Assembly (NCBI RefSeq): GCF_923077115.1
Contig: NZ_CAKLPX010000001.1
Location: forward strand, 1,799,565-1,831,564
Reading direction: 5' to 3'
DNA length: 32,000 bases
From: Sinobacterium norvegicum
Lineage (GTDB): Bacteria > Pseudomonadota > Gammaproteobacteria > Pseudomonadales > Sinobacteriaceae
The position numbers were made by a program, and so were the translations under genes. The notes under the pieces were generated by a model. The model ran no database searches. It saw nothing but the letters and a program-made list of their open reading frames with translations, and had not been told where the DNA came from. Of the stretch, positions 17,100 through 27,144 are shown piece after piece; position 1 is the first letter of the stretch, and every line of letters starts with the position of its first letter.

Positions 17100-18860
17100 C
17101 TAGAGCTCATCTTCTGGAATATCCATAATTGCACCGGCGCCACACTCAATGCTCTGCAGCAAGGCTTCAGCACGGGGCAGCAACTGCTGGCAGAAGACAC
17201 GCGCAGTGACAACCTTATTACGGTAGAACGGCTCATCCTGCTGTTTCGGCGCCGAGGCAGCAGCAGACTTCAGCATCAACCAGCCCCCCCACACATAACC
17301 GGAAAGCATCATGAAGCTGGTCGCCACACTGCCCACCCAAACGGCATCTTCACCATTCGACTGTATGGTTGTCAGTAGTGACTTGTAGCGTGTCACAGCC
17401 TGCTCAACCACAGCAACAACATCTTCAATACCCTCAACAGACTTAGCCGCCGCAATGTCGGCATCGATATCAGCCAACAGTTCATTCATACCACGACCGT
17501 TGTCGCGCAGGAATTTGCGACCGATCAGGTCAGCAGCCTGAATACCGGTAGTGCCTTCGTAGATAGGCAAAATACGCGCATCGCGTTGATATTGCGCAGC
17601 GCCAGTTTCTTCGATAAAGCCCATACCGCCGTGAACCTGAACACCGAGGGAGGTCACTTCTAGCGACATTTCAGTCGCCCATCCCTTCGACACTGGTGTC
17701 AGCAATGCAACACGGCGACTCGCCTTAGCCTTAACATCCGCGTCGGTTGCACTGTGAGCCAAATCCACTGCCGCCATCGAGGTGTACAGCATAGAGCGTC
17801 CCGCCTCAGTTGCGGCACGCATTGTCATTAGCATACGGCGTACATCAGGATGCTTAACAATACCGCCTGGACCGCTGACCGTCATGCCCTGAACACGCTC
17901 TTTAGCGAAAGAGACTGCATGCTGGTATGAGCGCTCGCTGACAGCGACACCCTGCATACCCACGCCCAGTCGAGCATTATTCATCATTGAGAACATATAG
18001 ACCAAGCCGTTATTGGCCTCGCCCACAAGATAGCCTTTGGCACCAATATCATCACCGAATGCCATGACACAGGTTGGGCTAGCGTGAATACCCATCTTGT
18101 GCTCGATAGAGGCTGGATAAACATCGTTACGCTCACCCAGGCTACCATCCTCATTGACCAAGAACTTAGGCACCACAAACAATGAGATACCCTTAACACC
18201 TGGCGGTGCATCCGGTAATCTTGCCAACACCAAATGAACAATATTCTCAGTCATTTGATGATCACCCCAGGTGATGAAGATCTTCTGACCAAAGATCCGA
18301 TACCCGTCACCATCGGGTTCTGCCTTACTGCGAATAGCGGCCAAGTCTGACCCAGCCTGTGGCTCGGTCAAGTTCATGGTTCCCGTCCACTCGCCTGAAA
18401 TCATCTTCGGCAGGTAGGCTTGTTTTAATTCTTCACTGGCATGCAGGCTGATCGCCTCAATAGAACCCTGACTCAGCATCGGGCAAAGGCTGAACGATAA
18501 GTTAGCCGATTGCACCATTTCCTGTAACGTCGTGCTCAAGAGTTTTGGCAAGCCCTGGCCACCGTACTCAACGTCTTCCGACAAACTACCCCAGCCACCA
18601 TCAATATAATGCTGATAGGCCTTGTCTAAGCCAGGGGCCTGAGTCACTGCTCGGTCAGCAAAGGTTGAGCCCGCCTGATCACTGCTTTGGTTAAGCGGTG
18701 CAATTTCTTCGGCACAAAGACGTCCAGCCTCTTCGAGGATGGCATTGACAATTTCGGCATCGCAGTCGGCATTTGCCGTGGCCTGACAAACGCCGTCAAG
18801 ATCAACAAGCTCCTCTAGATTAAATCGAATATCGCGTAACGGTGGCTGATAATCACTCAT
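17100..18860 (-). CDS. fadE: Long (FadE-type, ~590 aa) acyl-CoA dehydrogenase with extra C-terminal domain
   Basis: 586 aa. N-terminus MSDYQPPLRDIRFNLEEL resembles Pseudomonas FadE1/FadE2-type enzymes. Acyl-CoA dehydrogenase N/middle/C-terminal domain architecture. Confidence 0.88.
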   Translation of the reverse strand: MSDYQPPLRDIRFNLEELVDLDGVCQATANADCDAEIVNAILEEAGRLCAEEIAPLNQSSDQAGSTFADRAVTQAPGLDKAYQHYIDGGWGSLSEDVEYGGQGLPKLLSTTLQEMVQSANLSFSLCPMLSQGSIEAISLHASEELKQAYLPKMISGEWTGTMNLTEPQAGSDLAAIRSKAEPDGDGYRIFGQKIFITWGDHQMTENIVHLVLARLPDAPPGVKGISLFVVPKFLVNEDGSLGERNDVYPASIEHKMGIHASPTCVMAFGDDIGAKGYLVGEANNGLVYMFSMMNNARLGVGMQGVAVSERSYQHAVSFAKERVQGMTVSGPGGIVKHPDVRRMLMTMRAATEAGRSMLYTSMAAVDLAHSATDADVKAKASRRVALLTPVSKGWATEMSLEVTSLGVQVHGGMGFIEETGAAQYQRDARILPIYEGTTGIQAADLIGRKFLRDNGRGMNELLADIDADIAAAKSVEGIEDVVAVVEQAVTRYKSLLTTIQSNGEDAVWVGSVATSFMMLSGYVWGGWLMLKSAAASAPKQQDEPFYRNKVVTARVFCQQLLPRAEALLQSIECGAGAIMDIPEDEL

Positions 18861-18955
18861 CTCTATAACCTCAATCTTTCTTAAAATTCATTAACTAAGC
18901 GGTATTTATTGGCTTTTAAGCCGGCTCAAACTATAACTATCAAGCCTATTCACAA

Positions 18956-19002
18956 GTAGTCATTACCCGCATCGATCAGTATAGAAGCTAGGTAATGACT
19001 AC
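18956..19002. repeat. Perfect 12-bp inverted repeat GTAGTCATTACC-N23-GGTAATGACTAC
   Basis: Read directly from the sequence. 96-142 bp upstream of the fadE-type start codon, in the divergent spacer. Confidence 0.8.
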
Positions 19003-19299
19003 GTCACACTGCCGTTTATAGACAGCATTAAACACATCCCAAGTATCGGAAATTGGCCCGATGAATGACGGCCAATCGAATAAGGTTAACACTGCTAACA
19101 TTGCGTTTCAAATATCTATGACAATTATCAAACTGATGAATGTTTAGGCGCCGAAGACAATAGATAATTCAATAGCGATCGCTTCGCTGTGAATATTGCT
19201 GCAATATAGAGGTTTTCGCTCATCACTTGAGAGATGCTGACTACAGATTCAACCGTATAATAATAACAACAGGCCAGCGAGCTACATCAAGGACACACT

Positions 19300-20346
19300 A
19301 TGAAGATTACCCCTACATTTCCCGAATTAAGCTGCTATTTATTACCTGGGCATACCACCACGCCTGCCGAGGCTATTGAGGAGGCAAAACAAGCTGAGGC
19401 GCTAGGCCTGGGGAAGGTTTGGCTGTCCGAACGCTTCGATGTCAAAGATGCCGGTGTTATTTGCGCCGCAGCCTTGGCGGTGACAAATTGCATCCATGTG
19501 GCCACCGCTGGCACCAATATCCACACCCGACACCTGATGATTTTGGCCACTATGTGCAGCTCATTACATCACCTCTCCAACGGCCGCTTCGAACTCGGTT
19601 TGGCACGAGGAGTGGCTATTCGCAATCAATTAATGGGGCTGAAAAATGTTAACAATGCCCAACTTGCCGAGGGTGTAGAGCTTTTACGCAGGCTGTTGAA
19701 GGGTGAAAAAATCATAGGCCATGATGGGCTAATGGGAAACTACCCATACCTCAATATGGGTGACTGGCTGGACGCCAGACTCCCCATTCACTTTGTCGGT
19801 TTTGGCCCCAAAAGCCTACGATTCGCCGGCAAACATTTTGATGGCGTACACTTGCACACCTTTGTCACCGACCATGGTTTGCGACGCGCCAAACAATTTA
19901 TACAAGAGGGTGCAGAACAAGCCGGTCGACCTACAAGCGATATCAAACTTCATGCTGTTTATGCCACGGCATTGAATTTAACTGAAGAGGACTACCTGAC
20001 AAAGCTGGTTGCAAGAATGGCCACCTACATGCAGGCGCCTGGTTATATTGAAATGCTAATTGAACTCAATGAGTGGGACCCCGAAGTCCTCACCGCCTTC
20101 CGCGCCAACGATCTGGTTAAGTCTATGGCCGGGGGCATCGACAGCGTCGCCACCCTTGAGCAACTGGATCAGATCAGCCAACTCATTCCCAGCGAATGGC
20201 TGCCGGCTGCCACAGGCAATGCTGAAAGCTGCGCACAAGCCTGGCAGAATCAATTCGCTAATGGCGCTGATGGTCTCGTTATTCATGGTTCAACGCCCAG
20301 TGAGTTCGCCCCTATTATCCAGGCCTATGCCGCACTGCCTCGTTGA
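19300..20346 (+). CDS. LLM-class (luciferase-like) flavin-dependent oxidoreductase
   Basis: 348 aa. ATG preceded by AAGGA. TIM-barrel LLM-like N-terminus (LGLGKVWLSERFD...). Cofactor (FMN vs F420) cannot be decided from sequence by eye. Confidence 0.8.
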   Translation: MKITPTFPELSCYLLPGHTTTPAEAIEEAKQAEALGLGKVWLSERFDVKDAGVICAAALAVTNCIHVATAGTNIHTRHLMILATMCSSLHHLSNGRFELGLARGVAIRNQLMGLKNVNNAQLAEGVELLRRLLKGEKIIGHDGLMGNYPYLNMGDWLDARLPIHFVGFGPKSLRFAGKHFDGVHLHTFVTDHGLRRAKQFIQEGAEQAGRPTSDIKLHAVYATALNLTEEDYLTKLVARMATYMQAPGYIEMLIELNEWDPEVLTAFRANDLVKSMAGGIDSVATLEQLDQISQLIPSEWLPAATGNAESCAQAWQNQFANGADGLVIHGSTPSEFAPIIQAYAALPR

Positions 20347-20478
20347 GACCATTCCCGCTACAGACTGACTGTTTTGCCCGGTGCCAGTGCATTACCGGCA
20401 AAGCAATCACACCCACGTCACTATCTACGTTACACTACCACCTCGCTTCATTTCTTCCGTCACCCACAGGAAACACTT

Positions 20479-22929
20479 ATGCCTACAACGGTGACCGGAT
20501 TCTTGCTCTCTCGTCAATGGCGTGACGTCAAAACACCCACTGGCCTACAGCTGCAACTGAGTTATTGGCTGACCAGCCCTCAGGGCCCTTTACAACTGCT
20601 GTTCGATAATCAGCAAGCCGTTTTTTTTGTTCCTCAGTCTCAGCAGCAACCTGCGCTGGACCGGCTAAAGCAGGCCTCTATTCCCCTGGCCAAGCTGCAA
20701 CAACTCGAGTTGACAGATTTTCAGCAGCAACCACTGACCGCCTTTTACTTTGCAGCTCAACGCTACTTATATCAGGCCAGAAAAACACTCAAAGAACACA
20801 ACATAGAGCCGTTAGAAGCAGATATCCGCCACAGCGATCGCTTCTTAATGGAGCGTTTTATCACCGCTCCGATGACTATTAAAGGGGACTTTAAAGCCAG
20901 AAACAATTATTTAAAAGCGGTAAACCCGCAGTTAAAAACCGATGATTTTACTCCCCTATTCTCTGTCCTGTCTCTCGATATAGAAACCGCAATGTACAGC
21001 GACGAGCTGTTTTCGATCGGCTGCATCTTCTTTGATCAACAGCAACGGCAACATAATATTGTCTTAATGGTGGGCTCGGGTATCGACACTGATACCCTGC
21101 ACTTCCACCCCGATCAGCAGGCCGTGATCGAAGCCTTTTTGATACTGCTGCAACAACATGACCCCGATATTATCATCGGCTGGAATGTCATCAACTTTGA
21201 TTTACGCTTTCTCCAGCGAGTCTGTCAACGCCTCGGCATTAGCTTCACCTTCGGCAGGGGCCGCAGCACGATTTACTGGCAGGAATCACAAAGCGATAAT
21301 GAGCACTACACTTTGACCGTTCCGGGCCGGGTAATCCTCGATGGTATCGATACGTTAAAATCAGCTACCTATAGTTTCGAGAGTTTCTCGCTGAACCATG
21401 TTGCCGAGCAATTACTCAAGCGCCAAAAATTACTGACAGGGCAGCACCGCGGCGAAGATATTGCCGAACTATTCAACAATGACAAGCCCGCACTGGCGGC
21501 ATACAACTTAGAAGACTGTCAGCTGGTCTGGGATATTTTCCAACACACCAAACTCATCGACTTCGCCATCGAACGCGCACGATTAACGGGGCTGGCAATG
21601 GATCGCTTCGGCGGCTCCGTCGCCGCCTTTGATTTCCGCTACCTTCCCCGCTTACACCGCAGTGGCTACATTGCCCCTAACCTGAAAGCCGAGCCCGAGG
21701 GAGTTGGTAGCCCTGGGGGCTATGTGATGGACAGCTTTCCCGGGCTTTATCGTCACGTCCTCGTACTCGATTTCAAGAGCCTATACCCATCGATTATTCG
21801 CACCTTCAAGATTGACCCGATTGCCTTAATTAACGGCCTAAAACAGCAGGCCAGCCCCGCCACCAGAGACCGGCTCGAGACCAATAATACGGAGATTGAA
21901 ACGCTGGTCAGTGGTTTTAACGGGGCCTTATTCGACAAACAGTCGGCCTTGCTACCCGCTATTATTGCCGAGTTATGGCAGGCCAGAGACAGCGCCAAAG
22001 AGCAGAAAAACGCCTCGATGTCACAGGCAATCAAAATCATTATGAATTCATTTTATGGTGTCTTAGGTACCCCCGGGTGCCGCTTTTTCGACTACCGTCT
22101 ACCCAGTTCTATCACCTTGCGCGGGCACAACGTACTGAATAAAACCAAGGAATTAATCGAGCAGCAGGGGCATCGAGTGATTTACGGCGATACCGACTCT
22201 GTCTTCGTGTGGCTCAGTAATGCCGAGCAAGGTTATAGCAATCAACAGGTCGATAGTATTGGCAACACACTGGCCGCCGAACTCAACTTATGGTGGCGGC
22301 AGCATTTGCACAAACACTATCAACTCGACAGCCACCTTGAAATTGAGTTTGAAAGCCACTTTCAACAATTCATCATGCCAACTATTCGCGGCTCCGAGGT
22401 GGGCAGCAAAAAACGCTATGCCGGCCTGGTTACAAAAGGCGATGGCTTAGAGCTGATTTTCAAAGGGCTAGAGGCGGTCAGAACCGACTGGACTCGAGCG
22501 GCCAGGGATTTCCAGCGTGAACTCTATCGCCGTATTTTTTATCAACTGCCCTACAAGGAATACATCAAAGAAGTGGTCAGCGACATTCGTGGTGGCAAGC
22601 TGGATCAGCAATTAATTTACCGAAAAAGACTGCGTCGAAAACTCGATGACTATCAAAAAAACATCCCCCCTCACGTTCAAGCTGCTAGGCTGGCCGACCA
22701 ACAACGGATTGATCAGGGTTTACCCCCACGCTATCAGCGTGGCGGCTGGGTGGAATACGTGATGACTCTGCACGGCCCGCAACCGGCAGATAGCTACACA
22801 GCGGCGCTCGATTATGATCTGTATATTGAACGTCAGATTGAGCCTATAGCCGATGGAATATTACACTTTTTAGAGACCAGTTTTGACGCCATTAACAATC
22901 GACAGATCAACCTCTTTGATCAATCATAA
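20479..22929 (+). CDS. polB: DNA polymerase II (family B)
   Basis: Start moved to the ATG giving MPTTVTGFLLSRQWRD (cf. E. coli GFILTRHWRD). Exo I SLDIET, Pol motif A LDFKSLYPSII, motif C YGDTDSVFV. The upstream 35 codons of the tracked ORF look non-coding. Confidence 0.93.
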   Translation: MPTTVTGFLLSRQWRDVKTPTGLQLQLSYWLTSPQGPLQLLFDNQQAVFFVPQSQQQPALDRLKQASIPLAKLQQLELTDFQQQPLTAFYFAAQRYLYQARKTLKEHNIEPLEADIRHSDRFLMERFITAPMTIKGDFKARNNYLKAVNPQLKTDDFTPLFSVLSLDIETAMYSDELFSIGCIFFDQQQRQHNIVLMVGSGIDTDTLHFHPDQQAVIEAFLILLQQHDPDIIIGWNVINFDLRFLQRVCQRLGISFTFGRGRSTIYWQESQSDNEHYTLTVPGRVILDGIDTLKSATYSFESFSLNHVAEQLLKRQKLLTGQHRGEDIAELFNNDKPALAAYNLEDCQLVWDIFQHTKLIDFAIERARLTGLAMDRFGGSVAAFDFRYLPRLHRSGYIAPNLKAEPEGVGSPGGYVMDSFPGLYRHVLVLDFKSLYPSIIRTFKIDPIALINGLKQQASPATRDRLETNNTEIETLVSGFNGALFDKQSALLPAIIAELWQARDSAKEQKNASMSQAIKIIMNSFYGVLGTPGCRFFDYRLPSSITLRGHNVLNKTKELIEQQGHRVIYGDTDSVFVWLSNAEQGYSNQQVDSIGNTLAAELNLWWRQHLHKHYQLDSHLEIEFESHFQQFIMPTIRGSEVGSKKRYAGLVTKGDGLELIFKGLEAVRTDWTRAARDFQRELYRRIFYQLPYKEYIKEVVSDIRGGKLDQQLIYRKRLRRKLDDYQKNIPPHVQAARLADQQRIDQGLPPRYQRGGWVEYVMTLHGPQPADSYTAALDYDLYIERQIEPIADGILHFLETSFDAINNRQINLFDQS

Positions 22930-23100
22930 AAGCAGCCTTAGAAACATACTGTACGGTCGTACCATTACAGTAAACAACTAAAATATTAACGATTTATAAT
23001 GCATTGGCGGCGTTAATTCACTGTTCTAAGTAAAAATCCTTAGTTTAACTTAGTCGATAAATCTCTATATTCGTGACTCGTCTTTTTTGAGCCACCTATT

Positions 23101-23559
23101 ATGTGCTGGGTTATTCTTTTTTGCATTGCCTTAATAGTGCTGTCAGCGGTAACTGGCTGCTATTTTTTGGCAACCAATAAATATGACCAATACAACCCGA
23201 ACCAGCGTCACAGGACACTCACCGCTGTGCTTTGCTGTGCCATTATCTCTTTTCTGTTCAGTGCCTATGTGCTCCATTTCGCAGCACAATATAAGACCCC
23301 CGCCCTTTGGCTCCAAGCCCTTACCATACTCCTCATGTGGCTGACCGCATCAACGTCAATCTATCATTCACAGCGGTATCTACTGCCTACCTTAACAGCG
23401 GCCTTGGTGACGCTGTCATCGGCCAGCAACTATGCCTACGCAAAATATGGACTCGACATGCCCGGGGAATTTGCCATCGCCATGGGCGTAGCTGTTAGCT
23501 CGTTATTTACAGCGATGATTTTATTCTTGGCCAGCCAACAGCAGGTATCAGAGAGCTGA
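23101..23559 (+). CDS. Hypothetical small integral membrane protein (about 4 TM segments)
   Basis: 152-aa hydrophobic ORF. No conserved motif recognised. Confidence 0.5.
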   Translation: MCWVILFCIALIVLSAVTGCYFLATNKYDQYNPNQRHRTLTAVLCCAIISFLFSAYVLHFAAQYKTPALWLQALTILLMWLTASTSIYHSQRYLLPTLTAALVTLSSASNYAYAKYGLDMPGEFAIAMGVAVSSLFTAMILFLASQQQVSES

Positions 23560-23951
23560 CGACAGCAATCTCAAGGTAATTCGAATAGGTATGTTGGGAC
23601 GTAAAGAGAAGAGATAGGCGCAACCGATTAGATCGTAGTAATACATCCTTGTATTATTGCGCTCCATCTACCCACTATTGTGCTATACAAAATCGTTAGT
23701 TAAAAGCCGATATTGCCCCTCTGCGTGTAGGAAATAACCGATAAAAAACTTGTACTTAAGACAATATTCTCGACACCCCAATGTTGGGGGGTGTGATACT
23801 GAAAATCGTCTAAAACACATCAATCAACAACACCTCAACACCCATATTAGGCGGAATAATTTTGCGCCAAAAGCCTGCCATAGTGGTGTATCATAGCGAC
23901 AACATCGCAGAACAAAATAATCACTGCAAAACAGCAAAGGGGCCTGCCACC

Positions 23952-24194
23952 ATGGTGCGGAGCAAGAAAGTCAATTTCGAAAAGTCGCTGGAAGAACTGG
24001 AGCACATTGTCGAACAGCTTGAGACAGATGAGCTCGGCCTCGAAGATTCTCTTAAGCAGTTTGAAAAAGGCATCAAGCTTACCCGTGAATGTCAGCAGGC
24101 TTTGAACGAGGCCGAGCAACGTGTTTTAGCCGTCACCGAACAGGCCGATGGCGCCGCAGCCTACAGCGATTTCAACGAGGAAGACAGCGAGTAA
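23952..24194 (+). CDS. xseB: Exodeoxyribonuclease VII small subunit
   Basis: 80 aa from the internal ATG ([24 protein letters not shown]...). Collinear with E. coli XseB. Conserved xseB-ispA-dxs order. Confidence 0.9.
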   Translation: MVRSKKVNFEKSLEELEHIVEQLETDELGLEDSLKQFEKGIKLTRECQQALNEAEQRVLAVTEQADGAAAYSDFNEEDSE

Positions 24195-25114
24195 TGAGCT
24201 CTCTGAACCAACAACTACAGCACGCCCAACAACGTATTAACAGCAGTCTGAGTGCCGAGCTCGAAGCCCCCGTATCGCCCTATTCGGAAGGTGCCGGCGA
24301 TAACCTGGGGCGAGTTTATCAAGCGATTCAATACAGCGTCATGAACGGTGGTAAACGGATGCGGCCGCTGCTGGTCTTTGCCTCCGCCGACGCCGTGCTG
24401 GCCGGGCGCAAGCAGACTAGCAAAAGCCTCGACTTAAGCGCCTGCGCCATTGAGTTTATCCACTGCTACTCACTGGTCCACGATGACCTACCCGCAATGG
24501 ATGACGACGATTTGCGTCGCGGCCAGCCGACTGTTCACAAAGCCTTTGACGACGCCACCGCTATTCTCAGCGGTGATGCATTGCAGGCCATGGCCTTTGA
24601 AGCCCTCAGCCGCGCCGACGACATCCCCCCGGCTCAGCAAATCGCACTGGTAAAAGAGCTGGCCTTGGCTGCAGGCCCTGTTGGCATGGTCGGCGGACAG
24701 GCTTTGGATATCGCCGCCACTGACCAGCGGGTCAATTTAGAGCAACTCGAACAAATGCACAGTTTAAAAACCGGTGCACTGATTCGGGCTGCCGTTGCCA
24801 TGGGCGCTATCTGCGCCGGCGCCAGCGAGCAACAAAGAATAGCCTTAGATCACTACGCCAGAGCGGTTGGTCTCGCTTTTCAGGTACACGACGATATCCT
24901 CGACGTTGAAAGCGACACCACTACTCTGGGCAAGACTGCCGGGGCCGACATTGCGCTCAACAAATCAACCTACCCAGCACTGCTGGGGTTAAGCCAAGCC
25001 AAAGATATGGCACAGCAGCTGCTGCAACAGGCACTGACGGCACTGAAGGATTTTGACGAACATGCTGACACGCTGCGACAGCTTGCTCATTATGCCGTTA
25101 CACGTAATCACTAG
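24194..25114 (+). CDS. ispA: Farnesyl diphosphate synthase ((2E,6E)-FPP synthase)
   Basis: 306 aa from the ATG overlapping the xseB stop (TAATG). First Asp-rich motif VHDDLPAMDDDDLRRG and second motif VHDDILD. Confidence 0.93.
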   Translation: MSSLNQQLQHAQQRINSSLSAELEAPVSPYSEGAGDNLGRVYQAIQYSVMNGGKRMRPLLVFASADAVLAGRKQTSKSLDLSACAIEFIHCYSLVHDDLPAMDDDDLRRGQPTVHKAFDDATAILSGDALQAMAFEALSRADDIPPAQQIALVKELALAAGPVGMVGGQALDIAATDQRVNLEQLEQMHSLKTGALIRAAVAMGAICAGASEQQRIALDHYARAVGLAFQVHDDILDVESDTTTLGKTAGADIALNKSTYPALLGLSQAKDMAQQLLQQALTALKDFDEHADTLRQLAHYAVTRNH

Positions 25115-25220
25115 TTTTATATTACAATAGGCAAATTGTACTGGTGAGCGGCGTTTTTTTGCCCCACCTCATCCCTGACAACGCCACCAAATCGGCGCAT
25201 AAAGTGACAATGAATACCTG

Positions 25221-27092
25221 ATGTTTAATCATTTTCCCACACATAGACCAGACACACCGCTATTGGATAGCATCGACAGCCCGGCTCAACTTCGGCTGCT
25301 CGATATCGATCAATTACCCCAACTCGCCAACGAGTTAAGGGAGTTTCTGCTTTATAGTGTCAGCCAAAGTGGCGGCCATTTCGGCGCCGGCCTCGGTGTG
25401 ATTGAACTCACCATTGCCCTGCATTATGTCTACGAAACGCCAAATGACCGCCTGGTCTGGGACGTTGGTCATCAAACCTATCCCCACAAAATCCTTACCG
25501 GTCGTCGTGAACAGATGACCGGTATTCGTCATGCCGGCGGCCTGTCAGGTTTCCCCAAACGCAGTGAAAGTGAGTACGATACCTTTGGCGTCGGCCATTC
25601 TAGCACCAGCATCAGCGCCGCTCTCGGCATGGCACTGGCGGGCAAGAAAAGCTGCGCCATTATTGGTGATGGCGCCCTGACCGCCGGCATGGCTTTTGAA
25701 GCCATCAACCACGCCGCCGATAAAAAGGCCAATATGCTGGTCGTGCTCAACGACAATCAGATGTCGATATCGAAGAGCTCTGGCGGACTCAGCACCTACC
25801 TGTCGAAAATCTGGGCATCACCCAGCTACAACAGCCTGCGTAACAGCAGTAAAAAGGTGCTCTCCAAGCTGCCCTCTGCGGCACTCGAAATCGCTCGCCG
25901 TACCGAAGAACACATGAAGGGTTTCATCTCACCGGGCACAGTGTTCGAGGAACTCGGCTTCAACTATATTGGCCCAGTAGATGGCCACGATGTCATCGAG
26001 CTGGTCGGTTATTTACGTAATCTTCGCGACATGCCCGGGCCCCAGTTGCTCCATATAATGACCACCAAGGGTAAGGGCTTTGCTCCCGCCGAAGCCGATC
26101 CCGTTGGCTATCACGCCATTACCAAACTCGAGCCCAAGAATGTCCAAGACACGGCAGAAAAAGCCACTGGCAAGCAGAAATACCAAGATGTGTTTGGTGA
26201 TTGGCTATGCGATACAGCAGCGGCAGACGAAAAACTTATCGGTATAACTCCTGCCATGGGTGAGGGCTCGGGGATGATAAAGTTCAGTCAACGCTACCCC
26301 CTGCGGTATCACGATGTCGCCATCGCCGAACAGCATGCTGTCACCGTTGCCGGTGGCATGGCCTGTGACGGGCTTAAGCCAGTTGTTGCTATCTACTCTA
26401 CCTTTTTGCAACGCGGCTATGACCAACTGATTCACGATATAGCCCTACAAAACCTCGATGTACTCTTTGCTATCGACCGTGCGGGTATTGTTGGTGAAGA
26501 TGGTGCCACCCATACTGGCAGCTTTGATTTGAGCTTTATGCGCTGCATTCCCAACATGGTAATCATGGCGCCAAGCAATGAAGATGAATGCCGGAAAATG
26601 CTGACTACCGGCTATCACTATTGCGGCCCGGCAGCCGTTCGCTACCCCCGCGGCACCGGCCCCGGCACAGCCATTGAGTCCGCGCTGGACAGCCTTGAAA
26701 TCGGCAAGGGCAGAATAGTTAGCGAGGGTACAGAGGTAGTTATTTTGGCATTCGGCAGCCTTGTTGGCGCCGCGGTAGAGGCCGCCGCCGGACTTCAGGC
26801 CACGGTGGTTGATATGCGCTTTGTGAAACCTCTCGACACCGAGCTGATCAGCCGCCTCAGTGATAGCCATCGCCTCATTGTTACCGTGGAGGAAAATACC
26901 ATCTGCGGCGGCGCAGGCAGCGCTATTAACGAATACCTTAATCAACAGGGTATTGTTATGCCGGTACTCAACCTCGGCTTGAGCGATCAGTTCCCCGAGC
27001 ATGGCAAGCCAAAAACCTTACTGCGAAAATTCGGTCTCGACAGCGACGGCATTGCCGACAGCATTCGACAACGGTTGGCATTACTCGATTAA
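25221..27092 (+). CDS. dxs: 1-deoxy-D-xylulose-5-phosphate synthase
   Basis: 623 aa. N-terminal [28 protein letters not shown]-binding [13 protein letters not shown]...NDN. Typical length. Confidence 0.97.
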   Translation: MFNHFPTHRPDTPLLDSIDSPAQLRLLDIDQLPQLANELREFLLYSVSQSGGHFGAGLGVIELTIALHYVYETPNDRLVWDVGHQTYPHKILTGRREQMTGIRHAGGLSGFPKRSESEYDTFGVGHSSTSISAALGMALAGKKSCAIIGDGALTAGMAFEAINHAADKKANMLVVLNDNQMSISKSSGGLSTYLSKIWASPSYNSLRNSSKKVLSKLPSAALEIARRTEEHMKGFISPGTVFEELGFNYIGPVDGHDVIELVGYLRNLRDMPGPQLLHIMTTKGKGFAPAEADPVGYHAITKLEPKNVQDTAEKATGKQKYQDVFGDWLCDTAAADEKLIGITPAMGEGSGMIKFSQRYPLRYHDVAIAEQHAVTVAGGMACDGLKPVVAIYSTFLQRGYDQLIHDIALQNLDVLFAIDRAGIVGEDGATHTGSFDLSFMRCIPNMVIMAPSNEDECRKMLTTGYHYCGPAAVRYPRGTGPGTAIESALDSLEIGKGRIVSEGTEVVILAFGSLVGAAVEAAAGLQATVVDMRFVKPLDTELISRLSDSHRLIVTVEENTICGGAGSAINEYLNQQGIVMPVLNLGLSDQFPEHGKPKTLLRKFGLDSDGIADSIRQRLALLD

Positions 27093-27102
27093 TTCGAGCG
27101 AC

Positions 27103-27132
27103 AAAAAAAGCCGCAATAGCGGCTTTTTTTTT
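27103..27132. terminator. Bidirectional intrinsic terminator between convergent dxs and ribA
   Basis: AAAAAAA-GCCGC-AATA-GCGGC-TTTTTTTTT, with symmetric A and T runs. Confidence 0.85.
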
Positions 27133-27144
27133 GCTCAAACAGCT

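Noticed and set aside
19174-19183. The HIP1-like octamer GCGATCGC inside the palindrome AGCGATCGCT.
   Set aside because: There is only a single occurrence in the window. HIP1 is meaningful only as a highly iterated element in cyanobacteria. It is kept solely as one of several palindromes in the fadE/LLM spacer finding.
20374-20478. N-terminal extensions in the ORF track: 35 codons before polB, 35 codons before ispA (24089-24193) and 30 codons before xseB (23862-23951).
   Set aside because: Homologous proteins begin at the internal ATGs. The ispA extension overlaps xseB in another frame, and the extensions are Arg/His-rich low-complexity translations of non-coding or other-frame sequence.
22948-22971. 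The palindromic element ACTGTACGGTCGTACCATTACAGT just downstream of polB, which superficially resembles a LexA box (CTGT...ACAG).
   Set aside because: The spacing between CTG and CAG is 16 nt rather than 10, and it lies after the polB stop codon. It is more likely a weak hairpin (6+3 bp) at the 3' end of the polB transcript, though it has no U-tract.
26445-27002. A 185-aa ORF antisense to dxs, and similar ORFs at 25529-25756 and 26205-26435.
   Set aside because: These are shadow ORFs in a relatively GC-rich, strongly conserved gene. The Ala/Gly-rich translation is typical of antisense frames.
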